A model generated the notes under the pieces. That model saw only the letters and a list, made by a program, of their open reading frames with translations. It was not told where the DNA came from and ran no database searches. Below are positions 41,589 to 51,625 of a stretch of 64,000 bases of DNA, in pieces. Made by a program: the position numbers and the translations under genes. The stretch is from positions 448,545 to 512,544 of the forward strand of contig JAOAGT010000002.1 of assembly GCA_026415615.1 (NCBI GenBank), written 5' to 3'. Positions within the stretch are counted from its first letter, which is position 1; each line of letters opens with the position of its first letter. This DNA is from Thermoleophilia bacterium (GTDB taxonomy: Bacteria > Actinomycetota > Thermoleophilia > RBG-16-64-13).

Positions 41589-44093
41589 TTAGGCCTCCCA
41601 TCTGGTTATCTCGATCAAGCACGAGTTGGGTGCCATGCCCGGTGCATTCTTAGAGAGCAGTCTCGCCGGCGTGAGCAGGTTGACGCATCCGCCTCTGTCA
41701 ATGGCGCCAGGCTTACCGGGCTCCAGCGGGTCGTACTTGGCCGATCCTTCATATGAGTGAACAACGCCAGGCCGAACTCTCTCGGTAACTTCGGCGGCGC
41801 ACAGCACCGCAGCGCGGTCGTTAAACAGCTTCACGATGTCACCGTTCTTGATGCCTCTGGCCTCAGCGTCCCGCGGATGGATGCGCACGATCCAGTAGTC
41901 GTAGCCGTTCTTGCGCATCCGGTGGATGGGGATCTCTGACAGCCACGGCACATGGGTGTCGTGGTGAGTATGGAAGCTAAACCGCGGATGCGGGGATATG
42001 AGCTGCAACGGGTACTTCTTGGCTAGCTCAGAGGTATGCCCCTCCCAGCTTGGGATGTACTTGGGCATTGGCGCCCGCTCAGTGTCATCCGGGGTATGCG
42101 CCAGCAAGCTTTGCGACACGAACTCGATCTTACCGCTGTAGGTGCCAAGCTCGTGCGCCTTCTCGGTGCCGCGCTTGGGATTGGCAAAGTCAGGCGTGTC
42201 GCAAGGTCTGCCCTCGTAGAACCACCGCAGGGCTGGAGTGGGCTTGTAGTTCTCGATCTGCGGGACCACAAAGTAGCCCTTGCGCTTGAACTCCTCGAAG
42301 GATATGTACTTGGGCAGATCCGAGGCGTAGAACATCTTCTCGATCCACTCCTCGATGGTCTTGCCTTCGGTGTAATCCTCGAGGAAGCCAAGGCGTTCAG
42401 CAAGTCCGCAGAAGATGTCCCAGTCAGAACGTGACTCACCAAGCGGCTCGATGCACTTCTGCTGGTAAATAATGACGCGGTGGTTGCAGCTACCAGAAGC
42501 GTGGAGGGAGTATCCGCCCGAGCTTGCCCACTCGCTAATGTCGTTGCGCTCCAAGTTGGTGCACGCCGGCAGAATGACGTCAGCAAAGCGAGTCTCCGTG
42601 GACCACCAGCAGTCCTGGTTGACCACAAACTCCAACTTCGGGCTCTGATACATCCGGACCCAGCGGTTGGTCTCGGTCATAGTGGCGATGAATGCGCCCC
42701 CATACCGATAGAACATCTTCACCTCAGAGTGTCCCGGCAGCGGGTACACAAATTTGGTGAACTGCTGTTCGAGCGATCCGCCGCAGAAGCCCTCGCCCAT
42801 CCATTCGATGTGCCCATCAAGGATTGCTTCCGGCACAAGCAAGCGGTACACGCGCTGCTTAACCGGGTTAATCGCCTTCTTCTCAGCGATGAGGTTAAAC
42901 CCGCCGCTGGCGTATCCCGGGAAGTCAAGCTCGTAGTTGTACGGCGGCCCGTTAGTGGTGCCCCATATGCTGACTCCGGGCTTGCCCAAGCCTTGCATAG
43001 CTTGCAGGAAGACCAGCATCCGGTCGTGCTCGGTAGCGTAGGCTTGACGGCAGTGACCACCCTCGCCGCCTTTGGTGCCGCCTGCCAGGCAAGTGCGGTT
43101 GGCGGCCCACTCGCGAGCCAACGCAACGATGGTGCGGGCCTCGACTCCGGTGATCTCAGCTGCCCATCTGGGGTCCTTAGGTACGCCGTCTTCTTCGCCG
43201 AGCACATACTTCTTGAACTCATCAAAGCCAATAGTGCGATTGGCGATGTAGTCCTTGTCGTAAGTGCCCTCGGTAAGCCAGACATAGGCGATGCCCAGAG
43301 CCAACGCTCCCGTGGTGCCGGGCCGGTAAGCGATCCACTTATCTCCTACCGCAGCGCCGGTGTAGTTGTAGAACGGGTCGATGATAATCTGCCGAATGCC
43401 CTTTTCTTTGAACCAATAACGCCAGAGTGCGGACTCATTACCCCCGTAGATGCCGTGGGTGGAGTCGGCGTCGTTTCCCCAGTGGATAATGAGCGTGGTA
43501 TGCCTCAGTGTTTCCTCGAGCATGTCGTAATGCTCGGGGTTGCCGAGGCGCCAGTAGAAGCCCCAGGCGTGTGTGGCTCCCCAGTGCCAGCCTTCCCAGC
43601 TGTCTGGGTTGTCCAGGATGTCGGTAAAGCCGAGCATGTTGAAGAAGCGAGCCCACGCCCCGGTGCGATAGCCCAGGTTACCCCAGTTGTGATGCGAGGA
43701 AGCGCGGGACATGATGGCTTCGGGACCATAGGTCTCCCGAATCCGCTTCATCTCATTCGCAACTAGGTCCAGCGCCTCGTCCCAGCTGATCCTCACATAT
43801 CCGGACTTGCCCCGGTTTTGGGGATTGCGCTCACCGTTTGGATCGAAGTCAACCCGCTTCATGGGGTAGAGGATCCGGTCCTCAGAGTAGACGCGGGCTT
43901 TTTCCGTCAAGGTGAAAGGCGCAACACAGGCTTTACGTGGAGGCGTGTACTTCTTGCCTTCAACATCGATTACCCAAGACGGGGCGTCCGTCTCGTCAAA
44001 GACGAGCGGACGCACCCGTACTATCTTTCCATCCTTGACATGGACTCGGATTGGGCCGCCGGCAGTGCAGTTAATAAATGTCTGCTCCGACAT
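41589..44093 (-). CDS. molybdopterin oxidoreductase large subunit, pyrogallol-phloroglucinol transhydroxylase (AthL)-like, lacking an N-terminal Fe-S motif
   Basis: 834 aa. N-terminus MSEQTFINCTAGGPIRVHVKDGKIVRV has a single Cys (no CxxCxxxC). Conserved YPMKRVDFDPNGERNPQNRG, SSHHNWGN, DSWEGWHWG, LPACTNLERND. Confidence 0.8.
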   Translation of the reverse strand: MSEQTFINCTAGGPIRVHVKDGKIVRVRPLVFDETDAPSWVIDVEGKKYTPPRKACVAPFTLTEKARVYSEDRILYPMKRVDFDPNGERNPQNRGKSGYVRISWDEALDLVANEMKRIRETYGPEAIMSRASSHHNWGNLGYRTGAWARFFNMLGFTDILDNPDSWEGWHWGATHAWGFYWRLGNPEHYDMLEETLRHTTLIIHWGNDADSTHGIYGGNESALWRYWFKEKGIRQIIIDPFYNYTGAAVGDKWIAYRPGTTGALALGIAYVWLTEGTYDKDYIANRTIGFDEFKKYVLGEEDGVPKDPRWAAEITGVEARTIVALAREWAANRTCLAGGTKGGEGGHCRQAYATEHDRMLVFLQAMQGLGKPGVSIWGTTNGPPYNYELDFPGYASGGFNLIAEKKAINPVKQRVYRLLVPEAILDGHIEWMGEGFCGGSLEQQFTKFVYPLPGHSEVKMFYRYGGAFIATMTETNRWVRMYQSPKLEFVVNQDCWWSTETRFADVILPACTNLERNDISEWASSGGYSLHASGSCNHRVIIYQQKCIEPLGESRSDWDIFCGLAERLGFLEDYTEGKTIEEWIEKMFYASDLPKYISFEEFKRKGYFVVPQIENYKPTPALRWFYEGRPCDTPDFANPKRGTEKAHELGTYSGKIEFVSQSLLAHTPDDTERAPMPKYIPSWEGHTSELAKKYPLQLISPHPRFSFHTHHDTHVPWLSEIPIHRMRKNGYDYWIVRIHPRDAEARGIKNGDIVKLFNDRAAVLCAAEVTERVRPGVVHSYEGSAKYDPLEPGKPGAIDRGGCVNLLTPARLLSKNAPGMAPNSCLIEITRWEA

Positions 44094-44107
44094 GCGCTAT
44101 AGCCCTC

Positions 44108-45331
44108 CTAGTCGACTGGTGCTGCGTTCAGCAAGGCCATGTCCGTCGTTGCAAATCCATGCAGGAAGCTGTAGACGTCCCTTAGATGCTTGCTGAAGGG
44201 CACGTCGTCATCAGTTGTACCGTATCCGCCGAAGATGCCGCACGCGTGGTTGACAAACTCCACGCCGATTTGGTCGACAAAGGCCTTGACCAGCATTCCG
44301 ATCTTCGGATTGTAGTCGTGCTTTGTCTGGTACGACCAGGCACCCTTCCAGAGCAGCGCCCGAGCCGCCTCAAGCTTGGCCTGCATGTCGGCGATCTTCA
44401 TGGCGACATGGTGATGCTGAATGATGGGCTTTCCGCCCTGCACCCGCTTCTTAGCGTAGTCCAGAGCCTCTTCATAAATTGCCCTCACCGTGCCCAGGTT
44501 GGCAGCAGCGCCCAGGAGCCCAAACGGCGGTGGAACTCCTTGCGGGGTCTTGGACCAGTCTTTCTGCGGGCCTCCCCACTCGCCTTCGGTTCCCCAAGCC
44601 TCGCCTTCCTTACCTACGAGGTAGCGGGCCGGAATCCGAGCGTTCTCGAAAACTAGCTCAGCGTTGGCAAGCAGCCTCCTACCCAACTTGTTGTGGAACC
44701 GGCCGATCCGCAACCCTGGGGTGTCGTGCGGCACGAGGAAGCAGCTCAGGCTGGTGGAGATGGGGCCCTTCCTGTCGGTACGGGCATACAGGAAATAAAG
44801 CTTGGCGATGCCGCCGCAGGAAATGTAATGCTTAGTGCCGTTAATAATGTATTCGTCGCCTACTCTTTCGGCATAGGTTTGAATTGAGGCTCCCGGCTCG
44901 TCGTAGAGGAAGTGAGAGTCGGTTCCCGCCTCCGGCTCGGACCGCGCCAGACCCAGGAGGAAGGTGTCGTCTTCCAGGAACTTTGGCAACCACTCGTCGC
45001 GCTGTTCAGGTGTGAGCTCCCCGACAAGTCGTGGAGACTCGGTGTAGCAGCCGCGGATGATGGTGGCAAAGCCCTGGTCTGCCACTCCCAGTTCCTCGAG
45101 GACGATGCAGAGAGTAAGGTAATCCGCGCCTCCGCCTCCCCACTTCTCAGGGATGGCAAGAGTACGAAGACCAAGCTGCGAAGCCTTCTTGATCAGGTCC
45201 CACGGGACACAGTCAATCGGGTTCGGCCGCCGGTCGTACTCCATGGCCACGGGCTTCACCTCGTTCTCGGCGAAATCCCGCACCATGTCGCGGATCATCT
45301 GTTGTTCTTCGGTTAGATAAAAATCAACCAT
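44108..45331 (-). CDS. acyl-CoA dehydrogenase family protein
   Basis: 407 aa. Acyl-CoA dehydrogenase fold with a C-terminal IFGGYG...TDMALL helical domain. Confidence 0.85.
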   Translation of the reverse strand: MVDFYLTEEQQMIRDMVRDFAENEVKPVAMEYDRRPNPIDCVPWDLIKKASQLGLRTLAIPEKWGGGGADYLTLCIVLEELGVADQGFATIIRGCYTESPRLVGELTPEQRDEWLPKFLEDDTFLLGLARSEPEAGTDSHFLYDEPGASIQTYAERVGDEYIINGTKHYISCGGIAKLYFLYARTDRKGPISTSLSCFLVPHDTPGLRIGRFHNKLGRRLLANAELVFENARIPARYLVGKEGEAWGTEGEWGGPQKDWSKTPQGVPPPFGLLGAAANLGTVRAIYEEALDYAKKRVQGGKPIIQHHHVAMKIADMQAKLEAARALLWKGAWSYQTKHDYNPKIGMLVKAFVDQIGVEFVNHACGIFGGYGTTDDDVPFSKHLRDVYSFLHGFATTDMALLNAAPVD

Positions 45332-45605
45332 GCAATTCCTATCCTCCTTCCAGCACCGAGAGGCTGCCGCCGACGTTGGCTAGATCACCGGAGGTCCGGT
45401 GGTTGCTGTAGCTGAAGACCAGCCCAGCAACTAGCTCCATCATAGTACTTGTTGTTGCTGCGCGGGCCGTTTTAAGTCAACTTGTCATGACTTGGCCAAA
45501 CTATTACGGGAAGGTATGAATCCGGACCGCTGCCAGAGCTAGACGAATCTGGACTGCCGTCAGCACCAGATCAAGGTGGAATGTTGCCGCCACGAGACAC
45601 TCGGG

Positions 45606-46490
45606 CTAGCCCCGCTGGACAATGGCGCTCTTTATGTGGAGCATTAGGGCGCGGGCCGCTGCCGGGAGGGGCCGGTCGCGGGGATAGATAAGAGTAAGGT
45701 CTCGGTAGAGAGGACGTTCAAACGGGACCACTACCAGATCTTCAGCATTATCTGCGGTGGCAAGCATTTTTGGCATGGGAGCAACCCCAAAACCTTTGCT
45801 TACCAAAGCCTTGATCAGCTCTGGGTAATTGGCACGATAGGAGAAGCGAGGCTCCACGCCTGCTCGCCGCAGGGCGTCGGCTGCAATGTTCCCCGCATTC
45901 ATGGTGGTACGCGGGAGAAGTATCGATTCTCCAGCAAGCATCTTGAGCGGAACGCGGGGGAGGCGAGCCAACCGGTGGTTTCGCGGCACCACAAGCACTA
46001 TTTCTTCTGTAAGAAGATGCTGCGCAGCAGTGCGTGACGAACCCCAGGGAGTTATTACCGCGCAGTCGAGTTCCCCACGAATGACTGCCTCTTCGAGCTG
46101 AGCGTCATCCTTTTCCACGAGGTCTACACTGACATGGGGATAGGCTTCCAAGAACGAAACTAGAATAGGAGTAAGAAGCAGTGCCATGACGTTGCCGACG
46201 GCGCCAAAACGCACCGAACTGGATGTGGCTCCGGCCTGTTCGCGTATGAGAGCGATGGCCTCCTCGGTTCGGGCGACGATTGCTTGGGCCAAGGGCAATA
46301 AGAGCTGGCCGGCTGCGGTGCATTCCACGTGCCGTCCGTATCGCTCAAAGAGCTGAGCTCCCAGCTCACGCTCTAGTCGCGCTATCTGCCTGCTCAGGGT
46401 AGGCTGCGTGGAGTGCATAGCGCGAGCCGCCCGGCTGAAACTTCGGGCTTCGGCTACGGCAAGAAAGGATTTGAACAGCTCCAGGTCCAT
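45606..46490 (-). CDS. LysR family transcriptional regulator
   Basis: MDLELFKSFLAVAEARSFSRAARAMHSTQPTLSRQIARLE HTH plus LysR substrate-binding domain. Confidence 0.9.
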   Translation of the reverse strand: MDLELFKSFLAVAEARSFSRAARAMHSTQPTLSRQIARLERELGAQLFERYGRHVECTAAGQLLLPLAQAIVARTEEAIALIREQAGATSSSVRFGAVGNVMALLLTPILVSFLEAYPHVSVDLVEKDDAQLEEAVIRGELDCAVITPWGSSRTAAQHLLTEEIVLVVPRNHRLARLPRVPLKMLAGESILLPRTTMNAGNIAADALRRAGVEPRFSYRANYPELIKALVSKGFGVAPMPKMLATADNAEDLVVVPFERPLYRDLTLIYPRDRPLPAAARALMLHIKSAIVQRG

Positions 46491-46640
46491 CTATGCAATA
46501 TGGTAATACTTCTTGCTAGCCATGAAAAGTTCCATACAAAACTCAACTTGCTGTTGGCATAGGGCTATCATGTATAAAGCCCGTTTCTGCGGGCGGGGGT
46601 CGTTTCCAGGTATGCCTTGAAAAAAAGGAATGGATGACTC

Positions 46641-47417
46641 ATGAACATTGTAGTTTGCGTGAAACAAGTTATCGACACCGAAGCCGAAAACAGGCTCAAC
46701 CCGGAGACGTGGCGCGTAGACCGCAGCGTCAATTGCATTCTCAACCCCTATGACGAGTATGCAGTGGAAGAAGCGCTAAGGCTTCAAGAGGCGCACGGCG
46801 GCCAGGTTACTGTGGTTTGCATGGGACCAGAGAAGGCTGCTGAGGCCGTGCGGAAGGCTCTGGCCATGGGAGCAGACAGCGCCGTGCTGGTGAGCGACGA
46901 AGCTTTGGCCGGTTCCGATGTGCAGGGTACCGCGTATGCGCTGGCGGAAGCTCTCAAGGGGCTAACCTTTGATCTCCTGATTTTCGGCAACCGTTCCACC
47001 GACGGCGAAACAGGGTGCGTACCTGCAGCTGTGGCCGAGCGACTGGGCATTCCGTTCTTGTCTTGCTTGTCCAAGGTCGAGGTCAACGGGAACACCCTAT
47101 CTGTCCATCGGGAAACAGACCAAGGCCATGTTGCGTATGAATGCCCGCTGCCGGCTGCCATTTCGGTGGTCAAGGGAATCAATGAGCCTCGGTATCCAAG
47201 CATCAAGGGCATCATGACCGCAAAGAAAAAGCCGCTCGACGTCAAGAATGTGGCGGCTCTTGGTCTGGACGCTGGCCAAGTAGGGGCTGCCGGGGCAAAG
47301 ACCAAGGTCCTGACAGCAACCGTTCCAGAGCCACGCAAGGCTGGGGTCAAGATTGAGGACGACGGTTCAGGCGGCAAGCGCATAGCTGAGTTCTTGGCTG
47401 GCGCCAAGCTCATCTAG
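46641..47417 (+). CDS. etfB: electron transfer flavoprotein beta subunit
   Basis: MNIVVCVKQVIDTEAE...NPYDEYAVEEALRL. Confidence 0.9.
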   Translation: MNIVVCVKQVIDTEAENRLNPETWRVDRSVNCILNPYDEYAVEEALRLQEAHGGQVTVVCMGPEKAAEAVRKALAMGADSAVLVSDEALAGSDVQGTAYALAEALKGLTFDLLIFGNRSTDGETGCVPAAVAERLGIPFLSCLSKVEVNGNTLSVHRETDQGHVAYECPLPAAISVVKGINEPRYPSIKGIMTAKKKPLDVKNVAALGLDAGQVGAAGAKTKVLTATVPEPRKAGVKIEDDGSGGKRIAEFLAGAKLI

Positions 47418-47434
47418 GAAGGGGAGATAGAACC

Positions 47435-48424
47435 GTGAGCAACAAGACTGGGATCCTGGTTGTAGCTGAGCCCGGCCAAGGCCGGCTGGCTAACGTTACT
47501 CTCGAAAGCATTACTCAAGCTCGGGTGCTTGCGGCGTCCCTGGGCGGGCCCGTGAGTGTGGCCGTGATCTCCTCTGAAGCGGCTCCTCTGGTGGCTCAGG
47601 CTGGACGGTTTGGGGCAGACAAAGTCTACGTGGTAGAGAGCCCCGAACTTAGCGTATTCCGGTCCGGCACGTTTGCTGATGCTGCCACGGCGGCGATCAA
47701 AGCGGCAGACCCGGCGGTGGTGCTCTTTTCTAATTCGAACGATGGTCGGGATGTGGCAGCAGCGTGTGCTGCTCGTCTGGGCGTAGGACTCTTGGTGGAC
47801 GTCACCGATTTGCAGGTGAAAGACGGGACGCTTCGAGCTTATCATCCGTGCTTTGGTGGGCGGATGATTGCTGAAAAAGAGGCCACTTCCGTTCCCGTCA
47901 TGGTCACGGTCCGGCCAAGCGCGTTTGCGCGCGAAGAGGCTCCTAAGGAACCCGAGGTTGTCCCGCTTGCTGTTGATTTTGGGCCGACAAGCCTCGCTGC
48001 AAAGATAGTGGATGTGGTCACCGAGAGTCTCGGGGAAATTGCCCTCGAGGAGGCTTCGGTCATCGTAGCCGGTGGACGCGGAGTGGGAAGCGCAGAGGGA
48101 TTTGGCGTCTTGCGCGAATTGGCCAAAGAGCTGGGGGCTGCGGTGGCAGCGAGCCGAGCTGTGGTGGATCTCGGTTGGATGCCTCACCAGAGCCAGGTTG
48201 GCCAGACGGGCAAGACCGTTTCGCCGCAGCTTTATATTGCCTGCGGGATTTCCGGGTCCATCCAGCACCGAGCTGGTATGCAGACTTCCAAATGCATCGT
48301 GGCCATCAACAAAGACCCCGAGGCGCCCATCTTTTCCATTGCCGACTTTGGCGTGGTGGGAGATCTCTTTGCTGTCGTGCCGGCGCTGACCGAGGAAATT
48401 CGTCGTCGCAAAGCGGGAGCCTAA
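47435..48424 (+). CDS. etfA: electron transfer flavoprotein alpha subunit
   Basis: C-terminal FAD domain ...[36 protein letters not shown]. No N-terminal ferredoxin domain. Confidence 0.9.
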   Translation: MSNKTGILVVAEPGQGRLANVTLESITQARVLAASLGGPVSVAVISSEAAPLVAQAGRFGADKVYVVESPELSVFRSGTFADAATAAIKAADPAVVLFSNSNDGRDVAAACAARLGVGLLVDVTDLQVKDGTLRAYHPCFGGRMIAEKEATSVPVMVTVRPSAFAREEAPKEPEVVPLAVDFGPTSLAAKIVDVVTESLGEIALEEASVIVAGGRGVGSAEGFGVLRELAKELGAAVAASRAVVDLGWMPHQSQVGQTGKTVSPQLYIACGISGSIQHRAGMQTSKCIVAINKDPEAPIFSIADFGVVGDLFAVVPALTEEIRRRKAGA

Positions 48425-48488
48425 AGCAATGTGCGCGAAAGCCCTCGCAGCGGTTAAGGTTTGGTCCTTAGAGTAGGAGGGTGCGCCG

Positions 48489-50180
48489 ATGACTCAAGAA
48501 CGAGAGGTAATGGAGGTCGATGTCCTCTATGTGGGCGGAGGCGTTGCCTCTCTAAGTAGCGCTCTTCACCTGTCAAATCTTATTAATGCTCACAACGCCA
48601 AGGGCGAGGGCAAGAAGCTTGATGAGGTTATGGTAGCGGTCCTCGAGAAGGGGGCCTACTTTGGAGCTCACGGCATTTCCGGAGCAGTGATGGCTCCTGG
48701 CCCGCTTAAAGAGCTGATACCCGACTACTTAGACAAAGGCGCCCCCATTGAGGGAGAGGTAACAAAAGAATCCATCTACCTTCTGACCGAGCGGGGCAAG
48801 ATTAAGTCTCCCATTACTCCTCCTCCACTTAATAACCACGGCAACGTCGTCATATCCATGGCGAAGATGAATCAATGGCTGGCTGGCCTAGTGGAGGAGA
48901 ACGGCGTTTACATGTTCCCCAGCTTTGCTGGAGTTGAGCTTCTCTACGACGGGGACAGGGTCATTGGAGTTCGCACTGGAGACAAGGGAGTTGGCCCCGA
49001 CGGGCAAAAGAAGCCCAACTATGAACCGGGAGCCGACGTCATCGCCCGGGTGGTCGTGTTAGGCGAGGGTTCGCGTGGAAGCTTGACCAAAGAGGTCATA
49101 AAGCGTTTCGGGCTTGATCGCGGCAAGAACCCGCCAGGATTTGAGGTTGGTGTAAAAGAGGTTTGGGAGATACCTGCTGGTCGTATCGAGCCTGGCGAAG
49201 TAATCCACACCATGGGGTATCCGCTCAAGAGCGATACTTTTGGCGGGGGCTTCATCTACGGTATGAAAGACAATCTGGTGTGCCTCGGCCATCTCACCAG
49301 TCTGGATTATTCAGATCCTTTCATTGATCCCCACCGCGAGTTCCAGCGTTTTAAGCTTCATCCTTTGGTGAGAGGACTACTGGAGGGCGGCAAGCTTGTC
49401 CAGTACGGGGCCAAGACTGCGCCAGTGGGTGGATATTACTCGATTCCCAAGCTCACCTTCCCTGGCGGTTTGCTAATTGGTGACGGCGCCAACCTCTTCA
49501 ACGCCCAGAAAATCAAAGGCGTGGATATAGCTATGCGGTCAGGAATGCTGGCTGCAGAGGTTATTTTCGCTGCACTGGTTAACGACGATTTTTCTGAGTC
49601 CCGCCTTGCGGCGTACGAGCAGGCCATGGCTGAGACCAAGGAAATGAAGGACCTGTACAAGGTGCGGAATTTCCATCAAGCCATGACGCGCGGGCTGTAT
49701 TTGGGCCTGCTTACCGCGGCTGCTCAGTATGTTCTGGGAGGGCGAGTACTTAAGAACAGGTTGCCTGCTACTCCGGATCATACCCACCTGAAAACTGTCG
49801 CGGAGAAGTACGGCACAACTACCCCGAGCCCCGAGGCGGTGCGCGACTTCAAGTATGACGGCAAGCTCACTTTTGACAAAGAGACAGACGTTTACTACTC
49901 GGGAACGGTTCACGAAGAAGCTCAGCCCTCTCATCTCAAGATAAAGAGCTTGGACATTTGCTACGGGGAGTGCGCTACACGTTATCAATATCCTTGCGTC
50001 AGGTTCTGTCCAGCCGGGGTCTATGAGATTGAGGTGGACGAGTCTACCGGGCAGAAGTCGCTCAAGATTAACTTCTCAAACTGCGTTCATTGCAAGACGT
50101 GTGATGTGAAGGATCCTTTCGAGAACATCCAATGGGTGCCCCCGGAAGGAGGAGGAGGTCCCAAGTACACAGTCGTGTAG
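48489..50180 (+). CDS. electron-transfer-flavoprotein:quinone oxidoreductase (ETF-QO/FixC-like) with C-terminal 4Fe-4S ferredoxin domain
   Basis: VDVLYVGGGVASLSSA FAD motif. C-terminal CVRFCPAGVYE...CVHCKTCD. Confidence 0.85.
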   Translation: MTQEREVMEVDVLYVGGGVASLSSALHLSNLINAHNAKGEGKKLDEVMVAVLEKGAYFGAHGISGAVMAPGPLKELIPDYLDKGAPIEGEVTKESIYLLTERGKIKSPITPPPLNNHGNVVISMAKMNQWLAGLVEENGVYMFPSFAGVELLYDGDRVIGVRTGDKGVGPDGQKKPNYEPGADVIARVVVLGEGSRGSLTKEVIKRFGLDRGKNPPGFEVGVKEVWEIPAGRIEPGEVIHTMGYPLKSDTFGGGFIYGMKDNLVCLGHLTSLDYSDPFIDPHREFQRFKLHPLVRGLLEGGKLVQYGAKTAPVGGYYSIPKLTFPGGLLIGDGANLFNAQKIKGVDIAMRSGMLAAEVIFAALVNDDFSESRLAAYEQAMAETKEMKDLYKVRNFHQAMTRGLYLGLLTAAAQYVLGGRVLKNRLPATPDHTHLKTVAEKYGTTTPSPEAVRDFKYDGKLTFDKETDVYYSGTVHEEAQPSHLKIKSLDICYGECATRYQYPCVRFCPAGVYEIEVDESTGQKSLKINFSNCVHCKTCDVKDPFENIQWVPPEGGGGPKYTVV

Positions 50181-50224
50181 TGCTGTTGGACGGTCAAATC
50201 AACAAGAAGTAAAGGAGTGGTCAG

Positions 50225-50680
50225 ATGGCACGGCCCGAAGAACAGAAAATTGTGGAGATTTTTAAGGCCGCTAAGACCGGCGAAGATATTCTCGCAGCGT
50301 GGGCTGCTCAGCGGCCAGGGTACAAGCCCAGCGGCGCCGGCGACCCGAGCCTGGATTTCTGGGTAAAGCGCAGACCGGACATGCTGCATACCTTTGCCCA
50401 TAACCAGCTCACCCAGCTGCTTGATCGCGGCATCCTCGATCCGAAGACCCGTTACCTCCTGCTCGTGGGTCTCTACATGATGCAGGGTCATTACGACGGG
50501 GTTCTGCCGCAGGCCTGCAACGCCAAGGCTGCTGGTGCTACCGAGGAAGAGCTCATGGAAGTGGCTTTCTGCGTTTGCTACTCCGTGGGCAAGGCCAAAC
50601 TCCAGGAGACTGGCGCCTGCCTGGACAAGGTTTTCTCCAATCCGATGTTCCAGCAGATCAAGCGGGTCGGCGAGGAGTAA
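50225..50680 (+). CDS. carboxymuconolactone decarboxylase (AhpD-like) family protein
   Basis: 151 aa helical protein with a CxxxC-like region (AFCVCYSVG) in an AhpD-fold pattern. Confidence 0.65.
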   Translation: MARPEEQKIVEIFKAAKTGEDILAAWAAQRPGYKPSGAGDPSLDFWVKRRPDMLHTFAHNQLTQLLDRGILDPKTRYLLLVGLYMMQGHYDGVLPQACNAKAAGATEEELMEVAFCVCYSVGKAKLQETGACLDKVFSNPMFQQIKRVGEE

Positions 50681-50836
50681 TCTCTCCCAAGAAAGCCGAT
50701 CTTGGTTTGGAAGTGCGCAAGAGGAGGCCCCGTCCATGCGGGGCCTCCTCTTGCTTAACGGCTCGGCAGGGCGGCAGGAGTCTTGCTGTTAGCCGGTCCG
50801 TCTTGACCAGTGTAAGAGAAGGGTCTGCGTGCAGGC

Positions 50837-51580
50837 ATGGTTGTGCGGGAAAAGCAAGTAAAGAGCATTTTGTCTCCCTCCAAGGTCTACGACTATGCGC
50901 TTAACCCGTACGTAGGATGTGAGCACGCATGCGCATACTGCTATGCCCGCTTCATGCGCCGGTTTACTGGTCACCGGGAGCCGTGGGGCGAGTTTGTGGA
51001 CGTGAAAACCAATGCGCCAGATTTGCTTCGCCGGGAAATTATGCGAAAGCCTGTGGGTACAGTGTGGGTGAGCGGGGTTTGTGATCCCTATCAGCCGCTT
51101 GAGCGCCAATACAGGCTCACGCGCCAGTGCCTTGAAATCTTGGTGGAGAACCAGTGGCCCATCTGTGTTCAGACTCGGTCTCCTCTCGTGTTGCGAGATC
51201 TGGACGTTTTGCGTCTGGGATCACGGTTGGAGGTCGGTTTTACGATCACCACCGGTGACGACGAAATCAGGCGCCTGTTTGAGCCTCGTGCATCGAGCGT
51301 GCAAGAGCGGCTGGAAGGTCTTGCAGTGCTACACGAGGCGGGAATAAAGACCTTCGCCATGATTGCTCCTATCTTGCCCGGCGCCGAGAAACTGCCCAAG
51401 TTACTCGCTGGCAAGGTAGATCACATTCTTGTGGACCGGCTAAACTACGACTACGGCAATTGGGTCTACAAACAGCACGAACTTGAGTACGCTCGCACAG
51501 ACGCTTACTTCGAGTCCGTTGCCAGAGAACTCGCGGCTGATTGCGCACGACTAGGCATTCCGTGCCGAGTGGTGTTCTAG
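50837..51580 (+). CDS. radical SAM protein, SplB/DNA-repair-photolyase-like family
   Basis: LNPYVGCEHACAYCYARF (CxxxCxxC variant CEHACAYC) near the N-terminus. 247 aa. Confidence 0.65.
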   Translation: MVVREKQVKSILSPSKVYDYALNPYVGCEHACAYCYARFMRRFTGHREPWGEFVDVKTNAPDLLRREIMRKPVGTVWVSGVCDPYQPLERQYRLTRQCLEILVENQWPICVQTRSPLVLRDLDVLRLGSRLEVGFTITTGDDEIRRLFEPRASSVQERLEGLAVLHEAGIKTFAMIAPILPGAEKLPKLLAGKVDHILVDRLNYDYGNWVYKQHELEYARTDAYFESVARELAADCARLGIPCRVVF

Positions 51581-51625
51581 TCGAACTCTAGCGGCTGTTA
51601 TGATGCCGGAGATGTCGAACAAACT

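Noticed and set aside
42480-43766. 428 aa plus-strand ORF (and other 200 aa ORFs at 42023..42628 and 42719..43285) inside the Mo-enzyme large subunit
   Set aside because: Antisense or out-of-frame to an 834 aa protein with conserved MopB motifs. Products are Arg/Ala/Pro-rich.
47414-48268. 284 aa minus-strand ORF antisense to etfA
   Set aside because: EtfA is unambiguous. The antisense product is low-complexity.
50087-50737. 216 aa minus-strand ORF overlapping the ETF-QO end and the AhpD-like gene
   Set aside because: Both plus-strand genes have ribosome-binding sites and motifs. This is an antisense artefact.
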